DNA of 64,000 nt from positions 981,882-1,045,881 of the forward strand of contig CM082591.2 of NCBI GenBank assembly GCA_040954595.2, written 5' to 3'. Positions 1 through 12,314 of this stretch are shown here, piece by piece. The notes beneath the pieces were generated by a model. The model saw only the letters and a list, made by a program, of their open reading frames with translations, did not search any database and was not told the DNA's origin. Both the position numbers and the translations under genes were made by a program. The first letter of the stretch is position 1; each line of letters starts with the position of its first letter. Origin of the DNA: Balanoglossus misakiensis (taxonomy: Eukaryota; Animalia; Hemichordata).

Positions 1-3000
1 GAAAATGTTGAAAAATCGATGATTTTTCGACTTTGCGAATTTTCGAAATTTGGTCATTTTTTGAAAAAACCATGGGTTATAGCTCAGGAAAATGTTGAAA
101 AATCGACGATTTTTCGACTTTGCGAATTTTCGAAATTTGGTCATTTTTTGAAAAAACCATGGGTTATAGCTCAGGAAAATGTTGAAAAATCGACGATTTT
201 TCGACTTTGCGAATTTTCGAAATTTGGTCATTTTTTGAAAAAACCATGGGTTATAGCTCAGGAAAATGTTGAAAAATCGACGATTTTTCGACTTTGCGAA
301 TTTTCGAAATTTGGTCAATTTTTGAAAAAACCATGGGTTATAGCTCAGGAAAATGTTGAAAAATCGACGATTTTTCGACTTTGCGAATTTTCGAAATTTG
401 GTCATTTTTTGAAAAAACCATGGGTTATAGCTCAGGAAAATGTTGAAAAATCGACGATTTTTCGACTTTGCGAATTTTCGAAATTTGGTCATTTTTTGAA
501 AAAACCATGGGTTATAGCTCAGGAAAATGTTGAAAAATCGACGATTTTTCGACTTTGCGAATTTTCGAAATTTGGTCATTTTTTTGAAAAAACCATGGGT
601 TATAGCTCAGGAAAATGTTGAAAAATCGACGATTTTTCGACTTTGCGAATTTTCGAAATTTGGTCATTTTTTGAAAAAACCATGGGTTATAGCTCAGGAA
701 AATGTTGAAAAATCGACGATTTTTCGACTTTGCGAATTTTCGAAATTTGGTCATTTTTTGAAAAAACCATGGGTTATAGCTCAGGAAAATGTTGAAAAAT
801 CGACGATTTTTCGACTTTGCGAATTTTCGAAATTTGGTCATTTTTTGAAAAAACCATGGGTTATAGCTCAGGAAAATGTTGAAAAATCGACGATTTTTCG
901 ACTTTGCGAATTTTCGAAATTTGGTCATTTTTTGAAAAAACCATGGGTTATAGCTCAGGAAAATGTTGAAAAATCGACGATTTTTCGACTTTGCGAATTT
1001 TCGAAATTTGGTCATTTTTTGAAAAAACCATGGGTTATAGCTCAGGAAAATGTTGAAAAATCGACGATTTTTCGACTTTGCGAATTTTCGAAATTTGGTC
1101 ATTTTTTGAAAAAACCATGGGTTATAGCTCAGGAAAATGTTGAAAAATCGACGATTTTTCGACTTTGCGAATTTTCGAAATTTGGTCATTTTTTGAAAAA
1201 ACCATGGGTTATAGCTCAGGAAAATGTTGAAAAATCGACGATTTTTCGACTTTGCGAATTTTCGAAATTTGGTCATTTTTTGAAAAAACCATGGGTTATA
1301 GCTCAGGAAAATGTTGAAAAATCGACGATTTTTCGACTTTGCGAATTTTCGAAATTTGGTCATTTTTTGAAAAAACCATGGGTTATAGCTCAGGAAAATG
1401 TTGAAAAATCGACGATTTTTCGACTTTGCGAATTTTCGAAATTTGGTCATTTTTTGAAAAAACCATGGGTTATAGCTCAGGAAAATGTTGAAAAATCGAC
1501 GATTTTTCGACTTTGCGAATTTTCGAAATTTGGTCATTTTTTGAAAAAACCATGGGTTATAGCTCAGGAAAATGTTGAAAAATCGACGATTTTTCGACTT
1601 TGCGAATTTTCGAAATTTGGTCATTTTTTGAAAAAACCATGGGTTATAGCTCAGGAAAATGTTGAAAAATCGACGATTTTTCGACTTTGCGAATTTTCGA
1701 AATTTGGTCATTTTTTGAAAAAACCATGGGTTATAGCTCAGGAAAATGTTGAAAAATCGACGATTTTTCGACTTTGCGAATTTTCGAAATTTGGTCATTT
1801 TTTGAAAAAACCATGGGTTATAGCTCAGGAAAATGTTGAAAAATCGACGATTTTTCGACTTTGCGAATTTTCGAAATTTGGTCATTTTTTGAAAAAACCA
1901 TGGGTTATAGCTCAGGAAAATGTTGAAAAATCGACGATTTTTCGACTTTGCGAATTTTCGAAATTTGGTCATTTTTTGAAAAAACCATGGGTTATAGCTC
2001 AGGAAAATGTTGAAAAATCGACGATTTTTCGACTTTGCGAATTTTCGAAATTTGGTCATTTTTTGAAAAAACCATGGGTTATAGCTCAGGAAAATGTTGA
2101 AAAATCGATGATTTTTCGACTTTGCGAATTTTCGAAATTTGGTCATTTTTTGAAAAAACCATGGGTTATAGCTCAGGAAAATGTTGAAAAATCGACGATT
2201 TTTCGACTTTGCGAATTTTCGAAATTTGGTCATTTTTTGAAAAAACCATGGGTTATAGCTCAGGAAAATGTTGAAAAATCGACGATTTTTCGACTTTGCG
2301 AATTTTCGAAATTTGGTCATTTTTTGAAAAAACCATGGGTTATAGCTCAGGAAAATGTTGAAAAATCGACGATTTTTCGACTTTGCGAATTTTCGAAATT
2401 TGGTCATTTTTTGAAAAAACCATGGGTTATAGCTCAGGAAAATGTTGAAAAATCGACGATTTTTCGACTTTGCGAATTTTCGAAATTTGGTCATTTTTTG
2501 AAAAAACCATGGGTTATAGCTCAGGAAAATGTTGAAAAATCGACGATTTTTTGACTTTGCGAATTTTCGAAATTTGGTCATTTTTTGAAAAAACCATGGG
2601 TTATAGCTCAGGAAAATGTTGAAAAATCGACGATTTTTCGACTTTGCGAATTTTCGAAAATTGGTCATTTTTTGAAAAAACCATGGGTTATAGCTCAGGA
2701 AAATGTTGAAAAATCGACGATTTTTCGACTTTGCGAATTTTCGAAAATTGGTCATTTTTTGAAAAAACCATGGGTTATAGCTCAGGAAAATGTTGAAAAA
2801 TCGACGATTTTTCGACTTTGCGAATTTTCGAAATTTGGTCATTTTTTGAAAAAACCATGGGTTATAGCTCAGGAAAATGTTGAAAAATCGACGATTTTTC
2901 GACTTTGCGAATTTTCGAAATTTGGTCATTTTTTGAAAAAACCATGGGTTATAGCTCAGGAAAATGTTGAAAAATCGACGATTTTTCGACTTTGCGAATT

Positions 3001-4938
3001 TTCGAAATTTGGTCATTTTTTGAAAAAACCATGGGTTATAGCTCAGGAAAATGTTGAAAAATCGACGATTTTTCGACTTTGCGAATTTTCGAAATTTGGT
3101 CATTTTTTGAAAAAACCATGGGTTATAGCTCAGGAAAATGTTGAAAAATCGACGATTTTTCGACTTTGCGAATTTTCGAAATTTGGTCATTTTTTGAAAA
3201 AACCATGGGTTATAGCTCAGGAAAATGTTGAAAAATCGACGATTTTTCGACTTTGCGAATTTTCGAAAATTGGTCATTTTTTGAAAAAACCATGGGTTAT
3301 AGCTCAGGAAAATGTTGAAAAATCGACGATTTTTCGACTTTGCGAATTTTCGAAATTTGGTCATTTTTTGAAAAAACCATGGGTTATAGCTCAGGAAAAT
3401 GTTGAAAAATCGACGATTTTTCGACTTTGCGAATTTTCGAAATTTGGTCATTTTTTGAAAAAACCATGGGTTATAGCTCAGGAAAATGTTGAAAAATCGA
3501 CGATTTTTCGACTTTGCGAATTTTCGAAATTTGGTCATTTTTTGAAAAAACCATGGGTTATAGCTCAGGAAAATGTTGAAAAATCGACGATTTTTCGACT
3601 TTGCGAATTTTCGAAATTTGGTCATTTTTTGAAAAAACCATGGGTTATAGCTCAGGAAAATGTTGAAAAATCGACGATTTTTCGACTTTGCGAATTTTCG
3701 AAATTTGGTCATTTTTTGAAAAAAACATGGGTTATAGCTCAGGAAAATGTTGAAAAATCGACGATTTTTCGACTTTGCGAATTTTCGAAATTTGGTCATT
3801 TTTTTGAAAAAACCATGGGTTATAGCTCAGGAAAATGTTGAAAAATCGACGATTTTTCGACTTTGCGAATTTTCGAAATTTGGTCATTTTTTGAAAAAAC
3901 CATGGGTTATAGCTCAGGAAAATGTTGAAAAATCGACGATTTTTCGACTTTGCGAATTTTCGAAATTTGGTCATTTTTTGAAAAAACCATGGGTTATAGC
4001 TCAGGAAAATGTTGAAAAATCGACGATTTTTCGACTTTGCGAATTTTCGAAATTTGGTCATTTTTTGAAAAAACCATGGGTTATAGCTCAGGAAAATGTT
4101 GAAAAATCGACGATTTTTCGACTTTGCGAATTTTCGAAATTTGGTCATTTTTTGAAAAAAACATGGGTTATAGCTCAGGAAAATGTTGAAAAATCGACGA
4201 TTTTTCGACTTTGCGAATTTTCGAAATTTGGTCATTTTTTGAAAAAAACATGGGTTATAGCTCAGGAAAATGTTGAAAAATCGACGATTTTTCGACTTTG
4301 CGAATTTTCGAAATTTGGTCATTTTTTTGAAAAAACCATGGGTTATAGCTCAGGAAAATGTTGAAAAATCGACGATTTTTCGACTTTGCGAATTTTCGAA
4401 ATTTGGTCATTTTTTGAAAAAACCATGGGTTATAGCTCAGGAAAATGTTGAAAAATCGACGATTTTTCGACTTTGCGAATTTTCGAAATTTGGTCATTTT
4501 TTGAAAAAACCATGGGTTATAGCTCAGGAAAATGTTGAAAAATCGACGATTTTTCGACTTTGCGAATTTTCGAAATTTGGTCATTTTTTGAAAAAACCAT
4601 GGGTTATAGCTCAGGAAAATGTTGAAAAATCGACGATTTTTCGACTTTGCGAATTTTCGAAATTTGGTCATTTTTTGAAAAAACCATGGGTTATAGCTCA
4701 GGAAAATGTTGAAAAATCGACGATTTTTCGACTTTGCGAATTTTCGAAATTTGGTCATTTTTTGAAAAAACCATGGGTTATAGCTCAGGAAAATGTTGAA
4801 AAATCGACGATTTTTCGACTTTGCGAATTTTCGAAATTTGGTCATTTTTTGAAAAAATCATGGGTTATAGCTCATGAAAATCTTCAAAAATCGAGGATGT
4901 TTCGACTTTGCGAATTTTCGAAATTTGGTCATTTTTTT
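1..4938. repeat. 87-bp tandem satellite array (55 near-identical monomers to 4788 plus diverged terminal units; truncated by the window start)
   Basis: Monomer GAAAATGTTGAAAAATCGACGATTTTTCGACTTTGCGAATTTTCGAAATTTGGTCATTTTTTGAAAAAACCATGGGTTATAGCTCAG repeats head-to-tail with only scattered substitutions and +T insertions. Confidence 0.99.
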
Positions 4939-5013
4939 GAAATCAAAAATGAGTTATTTTTTGACACTTTTCATGAGCTATAACCCGTGAAAATGTCCTA
5001 AAATGACAAAATT
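4939..5013 (-). repeat. Inverted, degenerate copy of the satellite monomer at the array boundary
   Basis: TTTTCATGAGCTATAACCCGTGA (4968-4990) is the reverse complement, with one mismatch, of TCATGGGTTATAGCTCATGAAAA (4858-4880). The flanks also align to the reverse-complemented monomer. Confidence 0.85.
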
Positions 5014-5633
5014 AGGATAGTCTTACCTTCATAATCGCTTGTTCTCACACATACGTACACATACACATTACCAAGCACAAGCAAAAATGCACGGACAAAT
5101 TTTCTTCGCATTCAATGCGTACCAACCTTCAGATTGACGTTTGTTCTTTTGTTGCCGTTAACGATAATAGGAAAATACAAACATTATGTAAATTCTAAAC
5201 ACAAGTATTGAGATGACGTCTCTGATCACAATGTCAGCTGCAGCAGTAGTGGGAATGTCGTTTCTAGTTGGAGACTTTCTGCTTCCTACTATTTATGAAA
5301 AATAGAAACATGACTCAATTTTTTCCAAACTTTACAACAATATCACTGCATACACATTTTTTTAAAACTCTAATCAAATCTACGGTGGCGGTCGGACGTA
5401 CTTCTTTAGCAGAAAACAAGTACATCTGTATTTGTCATGTACCATGAAAATTTGAAACTAAAAAACAAACAGACAGATAAAGGAAATTACAAAAACTACT
5501 TTAAAAGAAAAGCTCTATTCAAAATACGACTTCGTGTTCGGGTTTCGAACCATTTCTAGTAAGTGTCTCATCCGGGCACTACAAGAGTCTGCGCACAACC
5601 TCGTTTTCCAGGCACCTGTTGCACACACAAATG

Positions 5634-6721
5634 TTAACTGACGTCATCATAAGCCGGTGGTAACTCTGGTTCCCTCTCCTCGCCGTCCTCTGAATTCGCG
5701 CCCTCTGTCGAACCGTCTACAAGGCTGTCGTAGGAAGGAGGTGGAATATTGTCATATTTTCTTGGCGGTTTGTAAGAAGGCGGCGGGACCAGTCCGACAG
5801 GTTCACTGCCATTTTCATCACCACCATCGCAAAGGGGCGCTGTCGGTGGAAGATCGTCATCAGATGGGCCCCTTATCTCCCTGTAAACTGGAGAGGTTCC
5901 CCTAACACTGGGGTGAAGGTACATATATACGGTTGTGCTATTTTGACGAACGCTCCGTCGAGTTTGTGAGTCGATGCATCCTTCTGAAATAAAGAGAAAT
6001 TCTTTAACCCTTTCACCACCATGAGTCAGTCCAAACCCATTGTTTTCTATGTTAGGTTTTTAAAATTACTTATCGACATGGTTTTGCTACATTTTTTTGT
6101 CATAAAACTCAAATATTGATTGAATAGAATTTAATTGGCCCTTCAATAAGACTAGAAATATTTCATGCGTCACCAACCTTCCATATTTGAATGAAGAAAT
6201 CTTGCATCCGCCCTCCGCCGCTTCTCAACGTAATACTGAACGACGAATACAGCCGTCGCCAAGATTAGCATCGATGAGAAGATTTTAACTGAGGCCCGCA
6301 CGGCATCCATGGCGTAAGAGTCATCTGAAGAGTTTTGTAACGACTCCGTCGCTACCGTTACGATGTGTTTTTCCGCGCCACCATATGAAATCCCGTCTCC
6401 GACGTCCCTTGTGTTGAAGTGGTCAGCTGTTTTAATAAAAAGACAGACAAAAAACTAAACGACAAATTGAAGACAACATTTCGGGGTATAATGTTTGAAT
6501 TTTTTTGCAGTGACTGAAAGTGGATGAAACTTGTAGATATTAAATTCTGTATTTAGCTATGATTAGATTTGATTATCCCAACCTAGAAAGCATCTTCAGG
6601 ATATTGATATTGAGAAATAAAACTTACCATATTCGGTGACATTCCTCATATTACACTCGACTGTCGTCGTGAAAAAGATGAAATAACTAACTGCACTGAC
6701 GGTATATTTCCCGGGCGTCAT
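5634..6721 (-). CDS. Uncharacterised 230-aa type I membrane protein with three cytoplasmic PPxY motifs
   Basis: Exons 6628-6721, 6178-6426, 5634-5983 with GT-AG phase-1 introns join to 693 nt. Signal-like N-terminus MTPGKYTVSAVSYFIFFTTTVEC, TM VKIFSSMLILATAVFVVQYYV followed by EKRRR, tail with PPSY, PPSY, PPAY. Confidence 0.82.
6004..6060 (+). mobile_element. Partial copy (5' half) of a ~90-bp TTAA-flanked MITE
   Basis: TTAACCCTTTCACCACCATG...CCAAACCCATTGTTTTCTATG aligns to the copies at 24611-24704 and 41931-41990. Confidence 0.65.
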
Positions 6722-8716
6722 CTTCAAATCACAGGTGGGCAGGCGGAGGAGAGAAGTCTTTCTTCATCAACGCGTGTCTTCAAGTTCTGGATCCATTTGT
6801 TAATTCTTGTTTGCAAGACGGTAAACTTTGCGACCTGGGAGGGTGAAAATGACGACTATTATATGAATGTGTAAATTACACAAATGGTAAGTTCATGACA
6901 TTTAAAATTCAACACGGTTGTTACGTAAGTTTTCGAACAATGATCCTGCCAAACAATGCAATTCTCCACTGTTTATTGGATTGCTTGTCGCAAGTGTGAT
7001 GTCCTGCCCATATGTCCCCAACCCCCGGTACCGCGTTTCAAAGAGAAACGTTTGCTGTATGTACTAAAGTTATTGCCTGCTGGCGAAAATCGTCCACAAC
7101 ATCATATTAATGTCAGTTACGACCGAAAAAGGCTTGCAATTCCCCGAACAATTAATAAATATAACATTCGATAACTTTTCCATTAGTTTTGTTATGCGCA
7201 TCTAGCTCCATGTGCGTATCAACTGCGGTTCATTGCCATGCAGCTTGGGGAATTCACGTATAATAAAATTTTGCCGGAAAACAGGTCTCACTTACGCATT
7301 GACAGCCCTATATACGATAACAGATTATCAAGGAGCTAGCAAGCAGTATCCATGACACTACGTGCAGTTTGTGACAACATGTTTCTGAATGTCAAAGAGC
7401 AGGGCACAATGACAAAAATATAAATGTGTTAAAATTACAGCTGGTATCGTTTAATGAGATGCGAATATGTGAACAAATTTAGAAACTTGTAGAATTTGTT
7501 ATACATGCTGGTTTGGCGAATATAGGTCGGGGAACACAGACCCTCCACACAGGGACTTTGTGTGGAGGCAAGGTTGGTCCCTCATTGTTCGGGTTCACTG
7601 CGAAACTGTGCCGGGTAATTGTAACCTTCAACCAGTAGCACAACAGTGAACAGACGAGGTTCGCCGCAATATGTTCGTGACTAATTCTGGCCACTTGTCA
7701 CTTACCTCTGAATGAAAAGTCTCTTGTCTCAACAGACAAGAGGTTAGTCGACTGGCACTCGACCAATGACCGCAGCTTGAGCCATAAAAATAAAAGTTCG
7801 TGTGGAACGTGCTAGTTCTCTACAATACGTTGCGCTCTCAGCTGTGAAGTCAACTTTTATCGTGTCACCAGTGGTACAACACAACTGTGTATGGACACAT
7901 TTTCTAAATGTCACGTAACTTATCGTGGAATCTTGAATCAACATGCGATGCTTTGGGTGTTTGGGTGCAAGCTTAATTGGAACAGTAGGGTCATACCAAC
8001 CCGTCGCTTTCTCCCACTCGCTGTCAACGCAAGATTGACCCGAAAAACAACGACGTCGTTTTGATGTGACGACGCACGGCAGAGTGCAGTGTCGCTGAAT
8101 ATCGTTGCAAACCAGGGAACGCTTTGCGACGACAGACAGTATGGTACAATGTATTTATAGCCGCAGGGAGATAGGTGATCTCCGTACTGTATGTGAAGGG
8201 TCATCGCGTCGGTATTAAAACAATTCTCCCGGACACCTCGTTACCCTTTTACCTACACTGTCTCGTGATCGCACAAAAATAACCACACGATTGTCTCTCT
8301 TGCAAAAGTTCACCAGGTTGCTGTTCTTTTTCGTGCATTTAATAAAAAAACACCCTGAAAATAGGCGCTTGTTAAATTAGATGCAATATAGTGCAGTTTT
8401 GATATTTCTTTTATTGTCGAAATTAAACGATTGAAATAATTGCGACCATAGTGAAGATTGTTGGGCGTGACATAGTCATCAGTGACCTATGGCCAATGCG
8501 ATAGAAATCTGAGGTGACCTAGTACTATTGATATAAATCAGTTTCGGAGATACCATGATTCATCCAGCGACGTCTCTCTCTCTCTCTCCCCTTCCCCTCT
8601 CTCTATATGAGGGCGCTATACTTCCGTTAGAAGTGACGCGACCATGAAGTCACGTACCAACTACATGTACTAGCATGTACAGATCACTTTAACATTTCAA
8701 TGATGAGAACGCCACA

Positions 8717-9897
8717 TTATTCACCTCTGTAAAATGCCACATTTTTATCCGTTTCATGAACCCTAACCTCGTACAGCAGTCCCTTAGGTAACTGTTCCTG
8801 CAGGTTGTCCCAAATGAAGATTGTGATGTTCTCTACAGTACTGACATTGTCCTTGAAGTACACCACATCCTTGTCGATGTTTTTGTGGTCAAGATGATCC
8901 ATGATGCAAGTCTGTATTTGAACGAGGAAAAGAAGACGAACTTTAACTCTAAACCGACTTTCTCTCACTGAACTAGAGCACACATTACTAAGAGTCATCT
9001 TAAAGATCTTGCTCCACCCAGAAAGACACTTTTTTCGCAGAAATTTTCCAAGACTGGTTGATCGCTTACCTTCATGTATTTTTTCAGGTCAGTTATGTTC
9101 ACCACCATTCCAGTCACTGGATCCACCTGCAGTGATGGAAATGTTTCTTGTGAGATAGAAGAATGAAAACTTAACCCCAAAGTATTCAGTTCTATATAGG
9201 TGTAGACAAAACTATCCTTACATAATTCACGTAGTCTTTCTCCATGGAATTTTAAACTACAGTTCATAGGACTTCATTTATTTGTCATAATTTAACTTTC
9301 AAACGAAAACTAATCTCACCTTTCCTTTCACGATTACTTCAACTGTAAAAAAATGAGAAGAAAATATATGAACTTCTGTATAACATGATCAAAACTTCGT
9401 GCATTGTCTGGTAACAATAATTACTTTGGCATTTACACGGATTTGGTGTTAGAACTGTGCTAATCTCACTTGGTTCTAGGACTGTGCTAGCCCACTGGTG
9501 AGTACAAGTAGATGGTGAAAATTATTGATAAATCATACTCACCTTTATAATTATGCCCGTGTCCATTAGGGTTATTACAAGGACCATATAACTCTTTGTT
9601 CTCTTCATCAGTCAGCTGGGGACTACATTGGGATTAAGAAAATGACACGAGTTTGGATGTCAGGATTCAAGACTTGGGCCAACCACACCATATGTCATCA
9701 GTGTGGGGGCCTCAATTTAACACGGCCTCGGCGTGACACAGTATCATTTAGCAACTTAAAAATAAGATAAAGCTACTGTCGTTCTCTACCAGTGAAAATT
9801 ATCAATTAAAATACACTCAATTTTACCTGTGCAAGCGATGAGCAGAACTAAACGATTCGATCCTACTGATGTAAACTTCTCGCGTACGTCCCTCCAT
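8717..9897 (-). CDS. PTS: 6-pyruvoyl-tetrahydropterin synthase
   Basis: Exons 9827-9897, 9543-9622, 9320-9342, 9070-9126, 8717-8911 splice in frame. Motifs [36 protein letters not shown] and ETDKN...YRGE are present. Confidence 0.97.
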
Positions 9898-11502
9898 AGT
9901 TCAAAGAATGAGAATGAATATAGCCGTACATTTGCAAAATGTCGTACGTCGGATCACGTGACGACCATTTTTTCACATAAAGCAGAAAAAAACGTCCAAT
10001 GTTGGATCAATATTGTAGTCTCAGCAATCATAAACATGTTTTATAAATTTTACAAACGTGTACTTGACGTTTTCTCAGTTGTCGAAATACCTATCGCAGA
10101 TTTTACAGTACACACATACATGATCCAAAAACAAAAGAACATCGCAAATCGACCGAATCGAATCGATCACATACATTTTGCATTATTAATGAATAAAAAA
10201 CGAAAGCAATTCCAAATGCTGTATTGAATCGATCCTTATACATGGATGTGTTTGAATCAGGGATTTTTAAAAGGCTTTGAATTTTGAAATGTGCAAACTC
10301 GTGAAAACAAAACTTCTGGATGGAAACCCAATCTTTACCAATGATGAAATAGAATCTCAGATAAATGCTCATGCTTTGTGCATGAATGTAAATCAAACAC
10401 ACAGGTATTGATTTTATCACATGCTCATTTATTTCAGTTTATTTACTTCAGCACTACATTAAAATTGGCACAAAAGTCATCCCTAGCCAAGCTTAGGAGA
10501 ACCTCCCTCGAAACATACAGCCTACCATACTCTGGGAAAAAAGTCATAGCGCCCCCTGCCGGCAGTTTTTAAGTATGCCTTTGAACAAAAATTACTTTAT
10601 CCTTCAGTAAAGTAGTTGTCTTTTAGCCAGTACAGCGAATTTCTACTTTTTGAAATCGACTAAACAAAATAAAAAGTTGACATTCTGTACATATGTCATT
10701 AAAACTGTAAAATCACTTTTCCGTAGTGCAATCTGCAGCGTTGTACAAGCTGTAAGTGCACCATCTACGCCGTTAAAAACAAATGGCGCTAAAACTTAAA
10801 GATTACTGTTCGCACATCCTTTCTTCATATATATTTGATTAAACAACAAATTTAGACTACCGAATGGAAATATATACAAATTCCAACGCAATATATATCT
10901 GGCGATTTACAGGTAAGTTTTTAGAATTATTTTGCACACATGAATTGATGAATCGCCTTCATCCTTTCGGATGCAATGGAGATTTGATGGAAAGTGGACT
11001 GCACATCATAATTTGGAAACCATGCCATGTCAAAATTCATGAAAAAAAACGAGTAAAAATATTCCAAAATGACTCAGATTTGGTTTATACTCATTACATG
11101 AAGCGACTGTAGACTGAATTATTTTTCTTCCAAAATGGTCTTTGTAAATGTGGAAAAAAGAACCCAATTTTTGATTGTTAACATGCCAAGTTGACGGAAA
11201 TGCATTCAGTTTCAGTCTTGTCTCAAAATCCCTAAATATAAACTGCAAAAGTTACTCAAAACACCCTCAGTTTATTTTGTCTTCACTCAGTAGATGTAGA
11301 GACCGCATGCACCTACAATTAATTTCTGTTCGGAATTTCACTTTAAAATGTGGAAAATAACTCACAAAATTGTGAAAGTGACTTTGGTTCAGTTTGAACT
11401 TTGTTGCAATGGTTGCGGTCTTTAGTTTATCGACGCTGCCTCTAAATTTTCTCCCAAATTTCAGTTTTTGATGTCGTGTGGACATGCATTTCATGGTAAT
11501 GT

Positions 11503-12314
11503 TTATGTCTGCTTGTAGAATACTTTGATTTTGTGGCTGTCATACTCACTAACAGCAATTCTGTCACCGCTGACTGCAAGGTACCAGGGGCTTCTCACCT
11601 CACCTTCAAATAAGTGACAGATCCACTCTCCATCAAATCTCCATTTCACAATCCTATGATTCGACGAATCACACACAAACAAATTATCGTCGTCATCGAC
11701 GTCAATGCGGTATGAAAACCCCAGCTGACCAGGACCTTCACCTCTCACACCAAAATGATACAAGAATTTCAATTCAGCATCAAAACACTTGATGCAGTGA
11801 TTGAGACAGTCAGACACCATGATGACATTCTTACTGTTGACCACCACAGAGAATGGGTAATGGAATTGTATTTGGCCACAACCTTGACCACCAACCTCTG
11901 CAACAGACTGACCATCTTGGGTGTACTTGAGTAGCCGATGACCTTTGAAATCAGTGACCAAAACAAATCCATTCAGTAGAGCGATGCCGCAGGCTACTGC
12001 AGGTAGAGTAATTATTCTAAGAATTTCATTGTTTTGATCACAAACAACAATTTGAGAATTTCCACCATCACTTATGAAGTAGATGTTGTCATGGGAGACA
12101 GCTACATCCCATGGCTCGAATGGCTCTGCAAACTGACCATCAAAACTTCCCAAGACTTTGTCACAGGTGTAATCTTGATTCAGTATCTGTACAACCCTGT
12201 TGTCTCGGTCACACACCACCAGTTTGTCACCATGGAACACCATACCTCTTGGGTCTTTAAACTTTCGTCCTCGCTTTGGACTTTGGCCATCCAGTGTCAT
12301 CACTGACCATTGAC
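11503..12314 (-). CDS. NHL-repeat beta-propeller exon (TRIM2/3/71-like blades)
   Basis: About six NHL blades (FKDPRGMVF, FEPWDVAVS, ACGIAL, FHYPFSVVVN, FSYRIDVD, RSPWYLAVS, most followed by VxDxxNxR-like turns). Phase-1 AG acceptor at 12315-12316; AATAAA at 11271-11276. Confidence 0.9.

Noticed and set aside
1-4938. CRISPR-like appearance of the palindromic repeat array
   Set aside because: No unique spacers, no cas genes, and an intron-containing eukaryotic context.
19-4983. Long ORFs on both strands (up to 1095 aa) made of 29-aa repeats
   Set aside because: A by-product of an 87-bp (3x29) monomer with stop-free frames. The ORFs are broken by +T insertions and a TGA, with no sign of coding constraint.
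6950-8300. Short ORFs between the PY gene and PTS
   Set aside because: No recognisable domain or consistent splice pattern; probably regulatory or intergenic.
10200-11490. Possible decayed transposon upstream of PTS
   Set aside because: I could not define terminal repeats, a target duplication, a second copy or transposase motifs.
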